From assembly GCA_963734995.1 (NCBI GenBank), contig CAVTJD010000010.1, positions 81,103 to 145,102 of the forward strand: a stretch of 64,000 nt of DNA, written 5' to 3'. The notes under the pieces were generated by a model. It saw only the letters and a program-made list of their open reading frames with translations. It had not been told where the DNA came from and did no database searches. Shown piece by piece: positions 11,225 through 21,214 of the stretch. A program made the position numbers and the translations under genes. The DNA is from an uncultured Chloroflexia bacterium. Its GTDB lineage: Bacteria; Chloroflexota; Limnocylindria; Limnocylindrales; CSP1-4. Each line of letters begins with the position of its first letter. Position 1 is the first letter of the stretch.

Positions 11225-12452
11225 CTAGAAGCCCGTCGAGCACCATGGCTCATCAGCGGTTCGCAGCAGCGCGTCGAGCGCGGCGACGGCGCCTGGCCGG
11301 TGCTCGTCCACGCCGGTCCCGACCACGACACGGCCGAGGCGCGCGCCGCCCAGGTACGCGGCGCTCAGGGCGGCGATCGGCAGCGTCAGGTCCGGATCAC
11401 GATCGGTGGATCGGCAGTCCGCGCCGTCCGGTGTGGCATCGAGGACGACCCGCGTCGGGGCCTGTGTCTGCGGATCCACCACCTCGATCACGATCGCGCC
11501 GCTCGTCTCATAGTGACGGGCGGCGAGGGCCCTCGGCACGTCGAACAGCCGGAGCCACATTCCATCGAAGATGTCGGACACGATCGCGGCCCGCTGGTTG
11601 GTCAGCAACCACGGCAGCCGCTCGGACGGGCTGCGACGGACGGCCGCGACCCGGCTCACGAGATCGACCTCCGCCAGGTACCGCCACAGCGCGGCGTAGG
11701 CGTCGCCGGTCAGGGCGTGCAGGTCGTCGACCGTCAGCTCGCTCCGGGGCTGGTTGTGCTCCCAGTTCATGGTCGCGCTGTAGCGGACGTAGCCGTCGAC
11801 CCGACCGTCGTCGTCGCGATGGAGGGCAAGGAATCCATTCCAGCGCGGTCGCCACACGGGGGTCCTGAGCCCGAGCGCGTAGTCCCAGTGCTCGTCGCGT
11901 CGCAAGACCTCGCCCGCCTGCCTGACCCGCCACGAATTCGAACACGGTCTTCAGCACGTCGCGACTGGACGCGTCGGGGAGTACGAGCTCGATGGTGCCC
12001 GTCTGCTCGCCGTGGAACCCGGTAACACCCGCGTCAAGGGTCCACGTGGCCACGCGGCAGGCGGGGCCGTAGCCGAACCGGCCATAGATTGGATACTCCG
12101 ATGCGTACAGGACGGCGAGGGCCTCGTCCGTCTCGCGGATTGCGGCGTGCGCGCTGTCGGCCATCCTGGTCAGGATCCCGCGCCGACGGTGGGTCGGGCT
12201 GACGGTGACCGCCTCCACCGCAGCGGCGGGCAGCTGCCTGCCACCAGGAACGGTGACCTCGGTTCGCCACGACAGGAAGCTGCCGCACACCCGGTCCCCG
12301 TCGAACGCTCCCCAGGTCCGCTCCGGCTCGAACTCGGGGCGGATCTGCTCCACGAACTTGTCGATGTCCGGGCGGTCAAGGAAGGCACTGGAGATGGTCT
12401 CGGCGTAGGCGGCCAGCTCGTCCTCGCGGATCCTGCGTACCTCGATCGTCAT
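11225..12452 (-). pseudogene. Eis-like GNAT acetyltransferase (GNAT-GNAT-SCP2 architecture) split by a frameshift near 11905–11940
   Basis: The N-terminal GNAT part is in frame with ORF 11508..12569, starting at MTIEVRRIRED (12452). The C-terminal part is in the frame of ORF 11225..11905. Together they make about 400 aa, typical of the family. Confidence 0.5.
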
Positions 12453-12779
12453 GTGCCCGACTGTAGCATCGGCCGCCCGACGGGCCCGATGACGGCTGCG
12501 CCCGCCTGAGCCGTTCATCAACGCGCTAAGGTAGGGCAGGTCGAACGTCAGGACGGGGAGGCAGCCCATGCATTCGACCGCCCATGGTCAGCCGTTGCTC
12601 CTGCCCCGGGCATCCGTCGGTCAAGCCCGGGCCGGGCTCCGTGCTCGTCGCAGCGCTCGTGCCCGAGACGCCTGTCCATCGACTCTGTCGGCGGGCGGAC
12701 CACCCTCGCGCGGGGCTGTCCCAAATGGGGTGGTGGTGCGTGCCTGGGGCCGGGTCTCGCTCCAGGCCGGTGTCCCGCG

Positions 12780-14336
12780 ATGATGCGCACCGGGCCGGGC
12801 GGAGCAACGGGCATCGGCGGAGCGCGCCCCGATCACGCCGCGGCGGCGCACACCCTGACCGTGCCCGATGGCACGCTCCTCCTCCACATCGGCCCTCACA
12901 AGACGGGGACGACGTCCCTCCAGCAGGCGATGTACCTGGCGCGCGACGCGATGCTGGCGCAGGGCGTTGCGCAACCCGGGTGGGCCATCAATCCCGTCAG
13001 CGCCGTCAACGCGGTGATCGGACGGGGCTCCAGATCCAGGGGTGGGCGGGTCCCATCGATACGGCTCTGGCATCGTCTGGTCCAGGACGTCAACCGCACG
13101 CGCGAGCCGCGCATGGTGATCAGCAGCGAGACGTTCGCCGACGCGCGCCCGGACGCCATCCGCACCATCGTCGCCGATCTCGGTTCGTCGAGGCTGCACG
13201 TGGTGGTCACGCTCCGGCCACTCGCGCGGATCCTGCCCTCCCAATGGCAGCAGCAGGTTCAGAACGGGATCATCGCCTCGTACGATCACTGGCTCGCCAC
13301 CGTGCTCGACGACCGTTCCGACAGACCGGCCCGGACGTTCTGGTATCGCCACCGTCACGACCACCTGATCAAGCGGTGGGCCGAGGTCGTCGGTCGCCAG
13401 CAGCTGACCGTGGTCGTGCTCGACGATCGCGACCGTGGCCTGCTGTTGCGAAGGTTCGAGCAGCTGCTCGGCCTCGAGGAGGGCTCGCTTCCCCGCCCCA
13501 CCGGCGCCGCGAACCGGTCCCTGTCGCTGTCAGAGGCAGAGGCCATTCGGGCGTTCAACCGGGCATTCAGAGAGCGGCGTCTCAGCGAGGATCTGCATGC
13601 GAAGGTCATGACCTTCGGCGCCGCCCGATACATGAAGCAGCGACCCCATGATCCGTCCGAGCCACGGATCCAGACGCCGCAGTGGGCGCTCGATCGGGTC
13701 GCCGGGATCACGGCCGTGATGGTCGCCAATATCGCGGCCTTCGGCGTCCGGGTCGTCGGCGACCTGACGACCCTGAACCGGGTCCAGAGCCGAACATCCG
13801 ACGATGACCGACGCCCTGCCACGGCGATCCCGCCCGGGACCGCGGCCCGGATGTCCCTGGGGCTCGTCATCGTGTCCGGGCTCGCGCGGGGCCCAGGCGA
13901 CCACGGGCGCGGGAGCGGGCCCGTCCCCGACCGGCCCGGGTCGATCAGCTCAGTGCGCGAGCCGACGGAGCTTGGACACGTGCCCACGTATGTGCTGGCC
14001 GCAGCCGTTGCCTTTCGCGTGCGAGACGCCCTCACCCGACGCATCCGTGCGTTGCGGGGGCGCCGGCTCCGCCGCCCGGGCGGAGCGACGCCGGCGCTGA
14101 TCGCCCGTGTCGGCGGCCGACTGCGCGCCGACCGCACCCAGGGTCCGCGCCCGGTGGCCGCCGGGCGATCTGTCCGGTCGTCCGTGGGAGGCCGCCGGCG
14201 ACACCTGCCGGTGCCACTGATCTCCCGCGCAGCATCCCGAGCGGGCATCATGGTCACGGGCCAGCACGGTCGCGCCGCGCCGGCGAACAGCGGCGATCCG
14301 GGCATCCCGACCACGCACGGGGACACCGAACGGTGA
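12780..14336 (+). CDS. Sulfotransferase-like protein, paralog 1 of 3
   Basis: The N-terminus has HIGPHKTGTTSLQ, which fits the PK[ST]GTT 5'-phosphosulfate-binding loop. TLRPLARILPSQWQQ fits an R-x7-S 3'-phosphate-binding motif. A conserved C-terminal block is shared with the other two paralogs. Confidence 0.5.
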   Translation: MMRTGPGGATGIGGARPDHAAAAHTLTVPDGTLLLHIGPHKTGTTSLQQAMYLARDAMLAQGVAQPGWAINPVSAVNAVIGRGSRSRGGRVPSIRLWHRLVQDVNRTREPRMVISSETFADARPDAIRTIVADLGSSRLHVVVTLRPLARILPSQWQQQVQNGIIASYDHWLATVLDDRSDRPARTFWYRHRHDHLIKRWAEVVGRQQLTVVVLDDRDRGLLLRRFEQLLGLEEGSLPRPTGAANRSLSLSEAEAIRAFNRAFRERRLSEDLHAKVMTFGAARYMKQRPHDPSEPRIQTPQWALDRVAGITAVMVANIAAFGVRVVGDLTTLNRVQSRTSDDDRRPATAIPPGTAARMSLGLVIVSGLARGPGDHGRGSGPVPDRPGSISSVREPTELGHVPTYVLAAAVAFRVRDALTRRIRALRGRRLRRPGGATPALIARVGGRLRADRTQGPRPVAAGRSVRSSVGGRRRHLPVPLISRAASRAGIMVTGQHGRAAPANSGDPGIPTTHGDTER

Positions 14337-15421
14337 CAGCTGACGGCGAGGCGCCGGCTCTCCCGAGAGGCACCCGTGTGCTGCATGTCGGGCCGCCCAA
14401 GACAGGGACGACCGCACTCCAGTCGGCTCTCCACACCGGTCGAGACGCCCTGCTCGCGCACGGGGTTCGTTACGCTGGCCGGGCGCAGCACTCCCGCCGC
14501 GTCGCATACGCGGCCATCAGGCGACCGGAGTACCCACACCTCGACCAGCCGCCGCCGGAGCGACTGTGGCAGGCGTTCGTCACGGACGTGCGCGAGGCGC
14601 CCGAGGCGCGGGTGATCGTCAGCAGCGAGATCTTCACCGACGGTGACGATGACGCGATGCGGCGGGTGGTGAACGATCTCGGCCCGCACCACGTGCACGT
14701 GGTCCTCACCCTGCGTGCACTTCCCCGGATCCTCGCCTCGCAATGGCAGCAGGGCCTCAAGGGTGGCCTGACCCCATCGCTCGATGACTGGCTGCGCGAG
14801 ATCTTCGACGGTGACGGGCCGGTCGCGCGGAGGTTCTGGCGCCGCCACCGCCACGACCGCCTGGTCGCTCACTGGTCCGACGTGGTCGGGTCCGAGAACC
14901 TCACCGTCGTCGTCGTCGACGATCGCGATCACGGGCTGATCCTGCGCGCGTTCGAGCAGCTGCTCGACCTGCGACCAGACACCCTCCGCGGGATCCAGGA
15001 TCGTGAGAACCGGTCGATGACGCTTCCGGAGGCCGAGACGATCCGGGCGTTCAACGTCGCGTTCCGTGGGGCGGGGCTCCGGAGCCGCCGGGCGCACCGG
15101 GTGCGGCAGGCAGTCGTTCGCCGCTACCTTCGATCACGCCGTCCATCGGCGGCCGGGCAACGCATCGAGGCCCCACCCTGGGCCCTCGAGCGAACCGGCG
15201 GTATCGCCGCCGAGATGGTCGCCGCCATCCGGGCCACAGAGGTCAATGTGATCGGTGACCTGGACAGCCTCGCCGCCACCACCGGTCGTGCCTCGAGCAC
15301 GATGACCGCCTCGGCCGCCGTGGGCGAGAGGGTGTCGCTCCCGTGGCGCATGCGTGCCACGCTGGCGTTGCTGCGCGCCACCGAGCCGATCGCACCCAGG
15401 CGACGCGGCCGGGCCACCTGA
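14333..15421 (+). CDS. Sulfotransferase-like protein, paralog 2 of 3
   Basis: It has HVGPPKTGTTALQ and TLRALPRILASQWQQ. Its GTG start overlaps the stop of paralog 1 (GTGA). Confidence 0.5.
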   Translation: MTADGEAPALPRGTRVLHVGPPKTGTTALQSALHTGRDALLAHGVRYAGRAQHSRRVAYAAIRRPEYPHLDQPPPERLWQAFVTDVREAPEARVIVSSEIFTDGDDDAMRRVVNDLGPHHVHVVLTLRALPRILASQWQQGLKGGLTPSLDDWLREIFDGDGPVARRFWRRHRHDRLVAHWSDVVGSENLTVVVVDDRDHGLILRAFEQLLDLRPDTLRGIQDRENRSMTLPEAETIRAFNVAFRGAGLRSRRAHRVRQAVVRRYLRSRRPSAAGQRIEAPPWALERTGGIAAEMVAAIRATEVNVIGDLDSLAATTGRASSTMTASAAVGERVSLPWRMRATLALLRATEPIAPRRRGRAT

Positions 15422-15522
15422 CGAGCAGCACTCCGGCGAGCGGCGTCCAGTCGACCGGCGTCAGTCATCCGTCCCTCCGCCGAGGCGGGCCGCCGGCGAC
15501 CCGTGATCCTGGGCGATCCTGC

Positions 15523-17139
15523 TCAGGGGCCGATCGGACGGTGGAGCATTCGCAGCACCCGCCGTCCGGCCGGGCTGGCGGCCGCCGTCCAGACAACGCC
15601 CGGGAGCCGTCGGGAGCGCAGCGGGCGGGGACCTTGCCACCGAGCGCGACCCATCGCGGGGGCACCATCGACGAACAGGAGCGGGCGGGTCCGCCCGAAG
15701 CCGGCCGACCGACGGACGGGCGTGTCGAACCTGTAGCCCGCGAACAGGATCCGGGTGAGGATGTCCCATCGCCCGGATTGCAGGGCCGAGCCCTCGATGC
15801 CGACGTCCGGATCGATCTCGACCTGCAGCTCGCTGATCAGCCGGATGTGGCCACCGTCCTCGGTCCGCGTTCGCCGCACGGTCGGCCGGAGCACTACCTC
15901 GGCGGAATCGCGGCGACGATGCAGCACGATCAGGGCCTCACCCTCCGCGGATACGGGGATGAGCCGTGTGCCGGGATCCACCGCCGCCGCGACGGCCACC
16001 GGCACCGGCAGCAGCAGCGCGCCGTCGGCCGCCTCGAACCGGACGGGGCGGCCGTCGTTGACGAGCTCGGCTTCGACGTCGAGCAGGACGCGCCGGCCGT
16101 CCAGATGTCGCAGTCCATGGAACCGGACCGCCAGATCCATGGCCAGATCGGACTCGGCGAGTGCAACGAGCAGATCGAGCCGATCGGCGCGGACCAGCGC
16201 GAGCTTGGTGCGAACCTGCGCCGGCAGCGTCGGGTCGACGGTATCCGGGATGTACCGATCGACCACCGATCGGACCTCGCCCAGGAGAACTCGGCGACCT
16301 TCCGGGCTGCTGACCAGGAAACGATGGGTCGTGAAGCGCGACAACAGCTCCCGCTGGGTGAATCGACGCAGCAGACGGTCGCGTGCCGGACCGGGCTCGG
16401 TGTGCGTCTCGACGACCTCGAGGACCTCACGCAGGAAGCGGTAGTACCAGGCGGGATCGAAGCTGCCCGCGGGGTCGTAGGCGCCGCGGCCCGCGTTGCC
16501 TCGATCCTCGCGGGCGAGGTGGTAGTAGCAGGTGTAGTCGGCGAGGATCGAGATGACGCTCGCCGCGAAATAGGCCGTCGCGACGAACACGTGGTCCTCC
16601 AGGCGGCGCCTGCCCTCGGGAAAGCGGATCCCGGTCTCGTCGAGGAAACCCTTCCGGAACATCTTGTGGGGTGACAGCGAGCTCATGATCGGGGCGTCGT
16701 CGACCGTTACCCGGTCGCGGGTCTCGAGGAACAGCATCCGGGGGATGCCGCGTCCGTGTCCGGCCATCTTGCCGATCACGATGTCGGAGCCGTTCCTCTC
16801 GGCAAACGCATACATCCGCTCCAGGGCCTCGGACCCCAGGACGTCATCGTGGTCCACGAAATACAGGTACTTGCCGCGCGCCGCGTCGATCCCCACGTTG
16901 CGCGGCTTCCCCGGCCAGCCGGAGTTGGGTTGGTGGATGACCCGAATGTTCGGATGGGCGACCGCGAGCGCGTCAAGCTCCGCCGGCGACTCGTCCGTCG
17001 AGCCGTCGTCGACGAAGATCGCCTCGAACTCGTCCTGGGGCAGCGACTGCCCGACGATCGAATCCGTGCACCGTCGCAGGTACTTCCCGGGGTTGTAGAC
17101 GGGCACGATCACCGACACCTTGGGCTGCGTCAGCGGCAT
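15523..17139 (-). CDS. GT2-family (GT-A fold) glycosyltransferase with a C-terminal extension of about 280 aa of unknown function
   Basis: SVIVPVYNPGKYL...FVDDGSTDESP...FVDHDD is a classic GT2 N-terminus with a DxD motif. Confidence 0.8.
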   Translation of the reverse strand: MPLTQPKVSVIVPVYNPGKYLRRCTDSIVGQSLPQDEFEAIFVDDGSTDESPAELDALAVAHPNIRVIHQPNSGWPGKPRNVGIDAARGKYLYFVDHDDVLGSEALERMYAFAERNGSDIVIGKMAGHGRGIPRMLFLETRDRVTVDDAPIMSSLSPHKMFRKGFLDETGIRFPEGRRRLEDHVFVATAYFAASVISILADYTCYYHLAREDRGNAGRGAYDPAGSFDPAWYYRFLREVLEVVETHTEPGPARDRLLRRFTQRELLSRFTTHRFLVSSPEGRRVLLGEVRSVVDRYIPDTVDPTLPAQVRTKLALVRADRLDLLVALAESDLAMDLAVRFHGLRHLDGRRVLLDVEAELVNDGRPVRFEAADGALLLPVPVAVAAAVDPGTRLIPVSAEGEALIVLHRRRDSAEVVLRPTVRRTRTEDGGHIRLISELQVEIDPDVGIEGSALQSGRWDILTRILFAGYRFDTPVRRSAGFGRTRPLLFVDGAPAMGRARWQGPRPLRSRRLPGVVWTAAASPAGRRVLRMLHRPIGP

Positions 17140-17273
17140 GGCTTGACCACCTGGTGCGAGATCGTGTGCCCCATCGCGCGTCCCATCATGGGGCCAGAGT
17201 ATCGAGCCGTCCGGCGGCCGGCGCCGAGAGCGCCGGTATCATCTGAGCAGCTCCAGCGATCCGAAGAGGATGC

Positions 17274-18533
17274 ATGGCGATCCGATCACCCGTCGACGCG
17301 AGCGCACGCCCCCTCCCGGTAGGGACACGGCTGGTGCACATAGGGCCACCGAAGACCGGCACGTCGTCCCTGCAGGGAGCATTCCACGCGTGTCGCGCCG
17401 CCACGGAGGCGCAGGGCGTCCACTACGCGGGTCGGCGCCGACACTCGGGCAGCGCCGTCCACGCCATATCGGGCCGGCCCGGCTTCTTCACCGGCGACGC
17501 CCCGCCGCCGATCTCCCTGTGGCGAGAGCTGGTCTCGGACGCGCGGCGGTCGAAGGCAGATCGGGTGGTGATCAGCAGCGAGTTCTTCGCCGACGCGCTG
17601 CCGGACGTGCTGCCCCGTATCGTCGACGACCTCGGCGGGCCGCGGGTCCAGGTGGTCGTCACCCTTCGGCCGCTCGCGACGATCGTTCCCTCACAGTGGC
17701 AGCAGTACGTACAGAGCAACATGCGCGCGTCGTACGACCGGTGGCTGAAGGCGATGCTCGTCGGGCCGGCGGGCAAGCTCACGCCGACGTTCTGGCGGCG
17801 ACATCGGCATGACCAGCTGATCGCCCGATGGGCGGAGGTCGTCGGTCCGGACCGGGTGACGGTGATCGCGCTCGACGATCGAGACCACACGCTGGTGCTG
17901 CGCATGTTCGAGCGGCTGACCGGCCTGCGTGAGGGCACGCTGGCAGCTCCGCCCGAGGTTGCGAACCGGTCGATGACACTGCCCGAGATCGAGGCCGTCC
18001 GCGCCTTCAATGTGGAGTTCAAGGCGGAGGGCTTCGGCTCGGCGCTCCAGAGCAAGGTCATGCACTTCGGGGCGGCGAGCTACATGCGGCGACGCCAGCC
18101 GGCTGCCGATGAGCCGCGACTCGAGACCCCCCGGTGGGCGCTCGACCGCCTCCGGCCGATCGCTCGTGAGATCGTCGACAACATCGCCGCGTCGGGTGTG
18201 CACGTGATCGGCGACCTTGAGGCCCTCTCGGTGGTCCCCGACGAGGGCCCGGAAGGCGACCCGGCGGCGGCTGTGGCCGTCTCACCCGAGATCGCAGCCT
18301 CGATGGCGATGGGCGTGCTGTACGCGAGCGACCTGGCGCGCCGATCGGACCCGTCGAAGGCCGGATCGGGCCGGATGGCCGGCATGTCACGCTTGATCCC
18401 GGTGTTCAGCGAGCCGCTCGAGACCGCACGCCTGCCGACCGAGCAGCTGGTGGGGATCGTTCTCCGGCGCGGGCGTGTCGCGGCCGCCCGACAATGGCAG
18501 CGCCTGACTCGGCGACGCTCGACATCGCGGTGA
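17274..18533 (+). CDS. Sulfotransferase-like protein, paralog 3 of 3
   Basis: It has HIGPPKTGTSSLQ and TLRPLATIVPSQWQQ. A GAAGAGGA RBS sits 3 nt upstream of ATG 17274. Confidence 0.5.
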   Translation: MAIRSPVDASARPLPVGTRLVHIGPPKTGTSSLQGAFHACRAATEAQGVHYAGRRRHSGSAVHAISGRPGFFTGDAPPPISLWRELVSDARRSKADRVVISSEFFADALPDVLPRIVDDLGGPRVQVVVTLRPLATIVPSQWQQYVQSNMRASYDRWLKAMLVGPAGKLTPTFWRRHRHDQLIARWAEVVGPDRVTVIALDDRDHTLVLRMFERLTGLREGTLAAPPEVANRSMTLPEIEAVRAFNVEFKAEGFGSALQSKVMHFGAASYMRRRQPAADEPRLETPRWALDRLRPIAREIVDNIAASGVHVIGDLEALSVVPDEGPEGDPAAAVAVSPEIAASMAMGVLYASDLARRSDPSKAGSGRMAGMSRLIPVFSEPLETARLPTEQLVGIVLRRGRVAAARQWQRLTRRRSTSR

Positions 18534-18596
18534 TCGCGGGGGCAGAGGGCGCCTTGCGAGCTGTGGGTCGGCGGCGCCTTCCGCGGTGAGGGTTGG

Positions 18597-19637
18597 TCAG
18601 CGGCCGGCCACCTCACCCGATCTCATTCGTGCCCGGTCGCCCGCGGTGGCCGCGTCGAGCCGGGAGCGAATCTCGCGAACGGCATCGGCGACGTCCACGC
18701 TCGACGCGTCGATCACGACGTCCGCGTCATCGGGCGTCTCGTAGGGCGATGAGATCCCGGTGAACTCCGGGACCTCGCCCGCGCGGGCACGCGCATACAG
18801 ACCCTTCCGGTCGCGCGCCTCGCACACCTCGAGTGGGGTGCTGACGTGGACCAGGAGGAACGCTCCGTGCGGCTCGGCCATGGCGCGGGCGGCGCGCCGA
18901 CCTGCGGCAAACGGGGCGATCGGCGCCGCGATCGCGATCCCGCCGTGCGCGGCGATGAGCGCCGCGACCCACGCGATGCGATCGATGTTGGCGGCACGAG
19001 ATTCGGCATCGAACCCGAGGCCGCGCGACAGGTGCTGCCGCACCTCGTCGCCGTCCAGGAGCGTCACGCGCCTGGGGTCCTCGTCGGCAAGCTCATCGGA
19101 CAGCGCCCTGGCGATGGTCGACTTTCCCGATCCCGACAACCCGGTGAAGAACACGACGGCACCCTGCTCGGGAGCCGCCCGCAGCGCCTGCAGGACCTCC
19201 CGCGCCGAGGCCGGCGGGTACAGCTCGTCGACCTCGCGCTCGAGCACGCCGGCGAGCGCCCTGATCCGATCCAGCTCATCACGGCTGCGCAGCTCGGTAA
19301 CCCGCGTCGACATGCCCACGCCTGCGGTCGCGAGGAGAGGCCCGAGCTCGACCGTGTCCCGTGGTGGCCATGGCAGCACGAGCCGGATCACCGTCCGCGC
19401 CAGGCCGCCGGTCGCAACGGCCTGGGCGAGGTGATCGGCGACCGCCCAGGCGGCCCGCGTCACGCCGGCGCTGCCCACGAGACCTCGAGGCTGCCGGCGG
19501 CGCGCGACAGGGACCACGACCAGGATCGTGTCCTCGCGCGCGCCACCTGCCGCCGCCAGCAGCGTCTCCTCGTCCGCGCGCGTCGGCACATCGTCGATGA
19601 CCAATGCCAGCGTCCCGCTCGCGGCCCGGGCGGTCAT
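18597..19637 (-). CDS. cysC: Adenylyl-sulfate (APS) kinase with an N-terminal extension of about 165 aa of unknown function
   Basis: The C-terminal roughly 180 aa has the P-loop FFTGLSGSGKSTIA and APS-kinase blocks. The start is uncertain: an ATG at 19637 was chosen, and the ORF stays open to 20123 through a repeat-encoded Arg/Pro-rich stretch. Confidence 0.75.
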   Translation of the reverse strand: MTARAASGTLALVIDDVPTRADEETLLAAAGGAREDTILVVVPVARRRQPRGLVGSAGVTRAAWAVADHLAQAVATGGLARTVIRLVLPWPPRDTVELGPLLATAGVGMSTRVTELRSRDELDRIRALAGVLEREVDELYPPASAREVLQALRAAPEQGAVVFFTGLSGSGKSTIARALSDELADEDPRRVTLLDGDEVRQHLSRGLGFDAESRAANIDRIAWVAALIAAHGGIAIAAPIAPFAAGRRAARAMAEPHGAFLLVHVSTPLEVCEARDRKGLYARARAGEVPEFTGISSPYETPDDADVVIDASSVDVADAVREIRSRLDAATAGDRARMRSGEVAGR

Positions 19638-19804
19638 GGCCAAGACGGCCTCGAGTGGCAGCCGGACGCCCGGGTCCCAGTGGGGGCCAGACCCACGCGA
19701 GAGCGGGCGCAGCGGCGTGAGCGTCGGTTCGGTGCCGGTCGTGGCGTGGACGTGCGCCACGGGGCTGTTCTCCGCATCGGTCAGCACGAGGTCCGAACCG
19801 CTGC

Positions 19805-19955
19805 CGGGCGCGCCGGGCAGGGCGAGCGCCCCGGGCTGAACGGACGCGTCGGGCACGCCGGGCTGACGGGCGACGGCGCGCCGGGCTGGACGGGCGCGCC
19901 GGGCTGGACGGGCGCGCCGGGCAGGGCGGGCGCCCCGGGCAGGGCGGACACCGGC
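19805..19955. repeat. 18-bp tandem repeats (ggcgcgccgggctggacg / gggcgccccgggcaggg variants) between the TauE-like gene and cysC
   Basis: Read directly. In the cysC frame it translates to the RPARRARPARRA low-complexity stretch. Confidence 0.7.
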
Positions 19956-20088
19956 ACCCAGCCGCCCAGCGCGAGGTCGAGCAGGTCCAACCCGTCGTCG
20001 TCCAGGACGAGCCGCGGCACGTCGGTCAGATGGGCCAGGCTCTCCGGCTCGGCCGGATCCATCGGGTCGTCGGACGTACCGGGCGTGG

Positions 20089-21045
20089 TCACGGCGACCG
20101 CGGGTCCGTCTCGAGGCGCCCATCCTCGCTGTGCCGGCCGGCCGCCGACGGTGGTCGCCGGGTCACGCGGTCGCGAATGATCCGCCACGCGACGAACGCG
20201 AACAGGACGGCCGCCGCCGAGCTCGCCAGCACCACGACGTTGGGCGCGCCCAGCAGCTTGAGGCCCGAGGCCATCAGGAGCACGGCCAGGATGCGCCGGA
20301 TGATCCCGCCCGGCGCGCGGCTCGAGATCTGGGCGCCGATCCATGCCCCCGGGATGGCTCCGAGCAGGATCGAGGAGGCGACCGACAGCGAGAACGCACC
20401 GAACATCAGGTGCCCGATCGCGGCCGCCCCGACCAGCGGGATCGCCTGCGCGAGATCTGTCCCGACCAGCGAGGACGCCTTGAGCCGCGGGTACATCAAC
20501 AGCAGCGTGACGACGATGATCGATCCGGCACCCACGGACGTGAGCCCGACCATGAGACCCGCCGTGGCGCCGAGGATCACGGTCGGAACCGGTCGCACGA
20601 CCACCGCCGGTGGCTGGGTGGGGCGCGCCGGACCCTCACCCAGCGGCAACCGGTTGCGCCACATCTGGAGCGCGGCGCGCACGAACAGCCCGGCGGTGGC
20701 CAGGAGGAGCGCCAGCCCCAGCAGCTGCTGCAGGATCGCATCCAGATCCGCGTCGTGGGGTACCAGCGAGATCAGCCAGGCACCGGAGAACGCCGCCGGA
20801 ACGGATCCGAGGCACAGCCATCCGACCAGCCGCAGGTTGACGGTCCCGCGACGCAGGTGGACGAACGCGCCGACCGGCTTCATGAACAGGCTGGCGACGA
20901 TATCGCTCGAGATCGCTGTCAGGGGATTGACCCCGAACACGAACACGAGCATCGGGGTCATGAGCGCCCCGCCGCCCATCCCGGTCAGGCCCACAACGAT
21001 GCCGACGACCAGGCCGCCGAGGGCCAGCGGGAGGTCGAGGGTCAC
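20089..21045 (-). CDS. TauE/SafE-family (DUF81) anion permease
   Basis: It carries the GxGGG signature (GLTGMGGGALMTPMLV) with duplicated 4-TM halves. A GTG start at 21045 was chosen, with an alternative TTG near 21090. Confidence 0.7.
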   Translation of the reverse strand: MTLDLPLALGGLVVGIVVGLTGMGGGALMTPMLVFVFGVNPLTAISSDIVASLFMKPVGAFVHLRRGTVNLRLVGWLCLGSVPAAFSGAWLISLVPHDADLDAILQQLLGLALLLATAGLFVRAALQMWRNRLPLGEGPARPTQPPAVVVRPVPTVILGATAGLMVGLTSVGAGSIIVVTLLLMYPRLKASSLVGTDLAQAIPLVGAAAIGHLMFGAFSLSVASSILLGAIPGAWIGAQISSRAPGGIIRRILAVLLMASGLKLLGAPNVVVLASSAAAVLFAFVAWRIIRDRVTRRPPSAAGRHSEDGRLETDPRSP

Positions 21046-21214
21046 GCCAACCGTGGCGTACGGCGCCTGGCGGGCATGCGAACCATGCAGCGATGATAAC
21101 TTCGACGCCAACTGAGATCGCGGATCGGCCGACCGGTCCTCGGCCCCGAACGAGCCGCGATCCGACCATGCCCCGGAGCCCGCAGCGAGGCGCAGTGAAG
21201 ACCGTCGACGTCCG

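Noticed and set aside
15343-16674. 443-aa + strand ORF and several other 100–250-aa ORFs antisense to the GT2 gene
   Set aside because: They overlap a strongly supported GT2 glycosyltransferase on the opposite strand. They are low-complexity, as expected for shadow ORFs at about 70% GC.
20030-21115. + strand ORFs of 361 aa and 321 aa opposite the TauE-family permease
   Set aside because: They are shadow ORFs. The minus-strand frame gives a coherent 8-TM DUF81 protein, while the + frames give Arg/Asp-rich low-complexity sequence.
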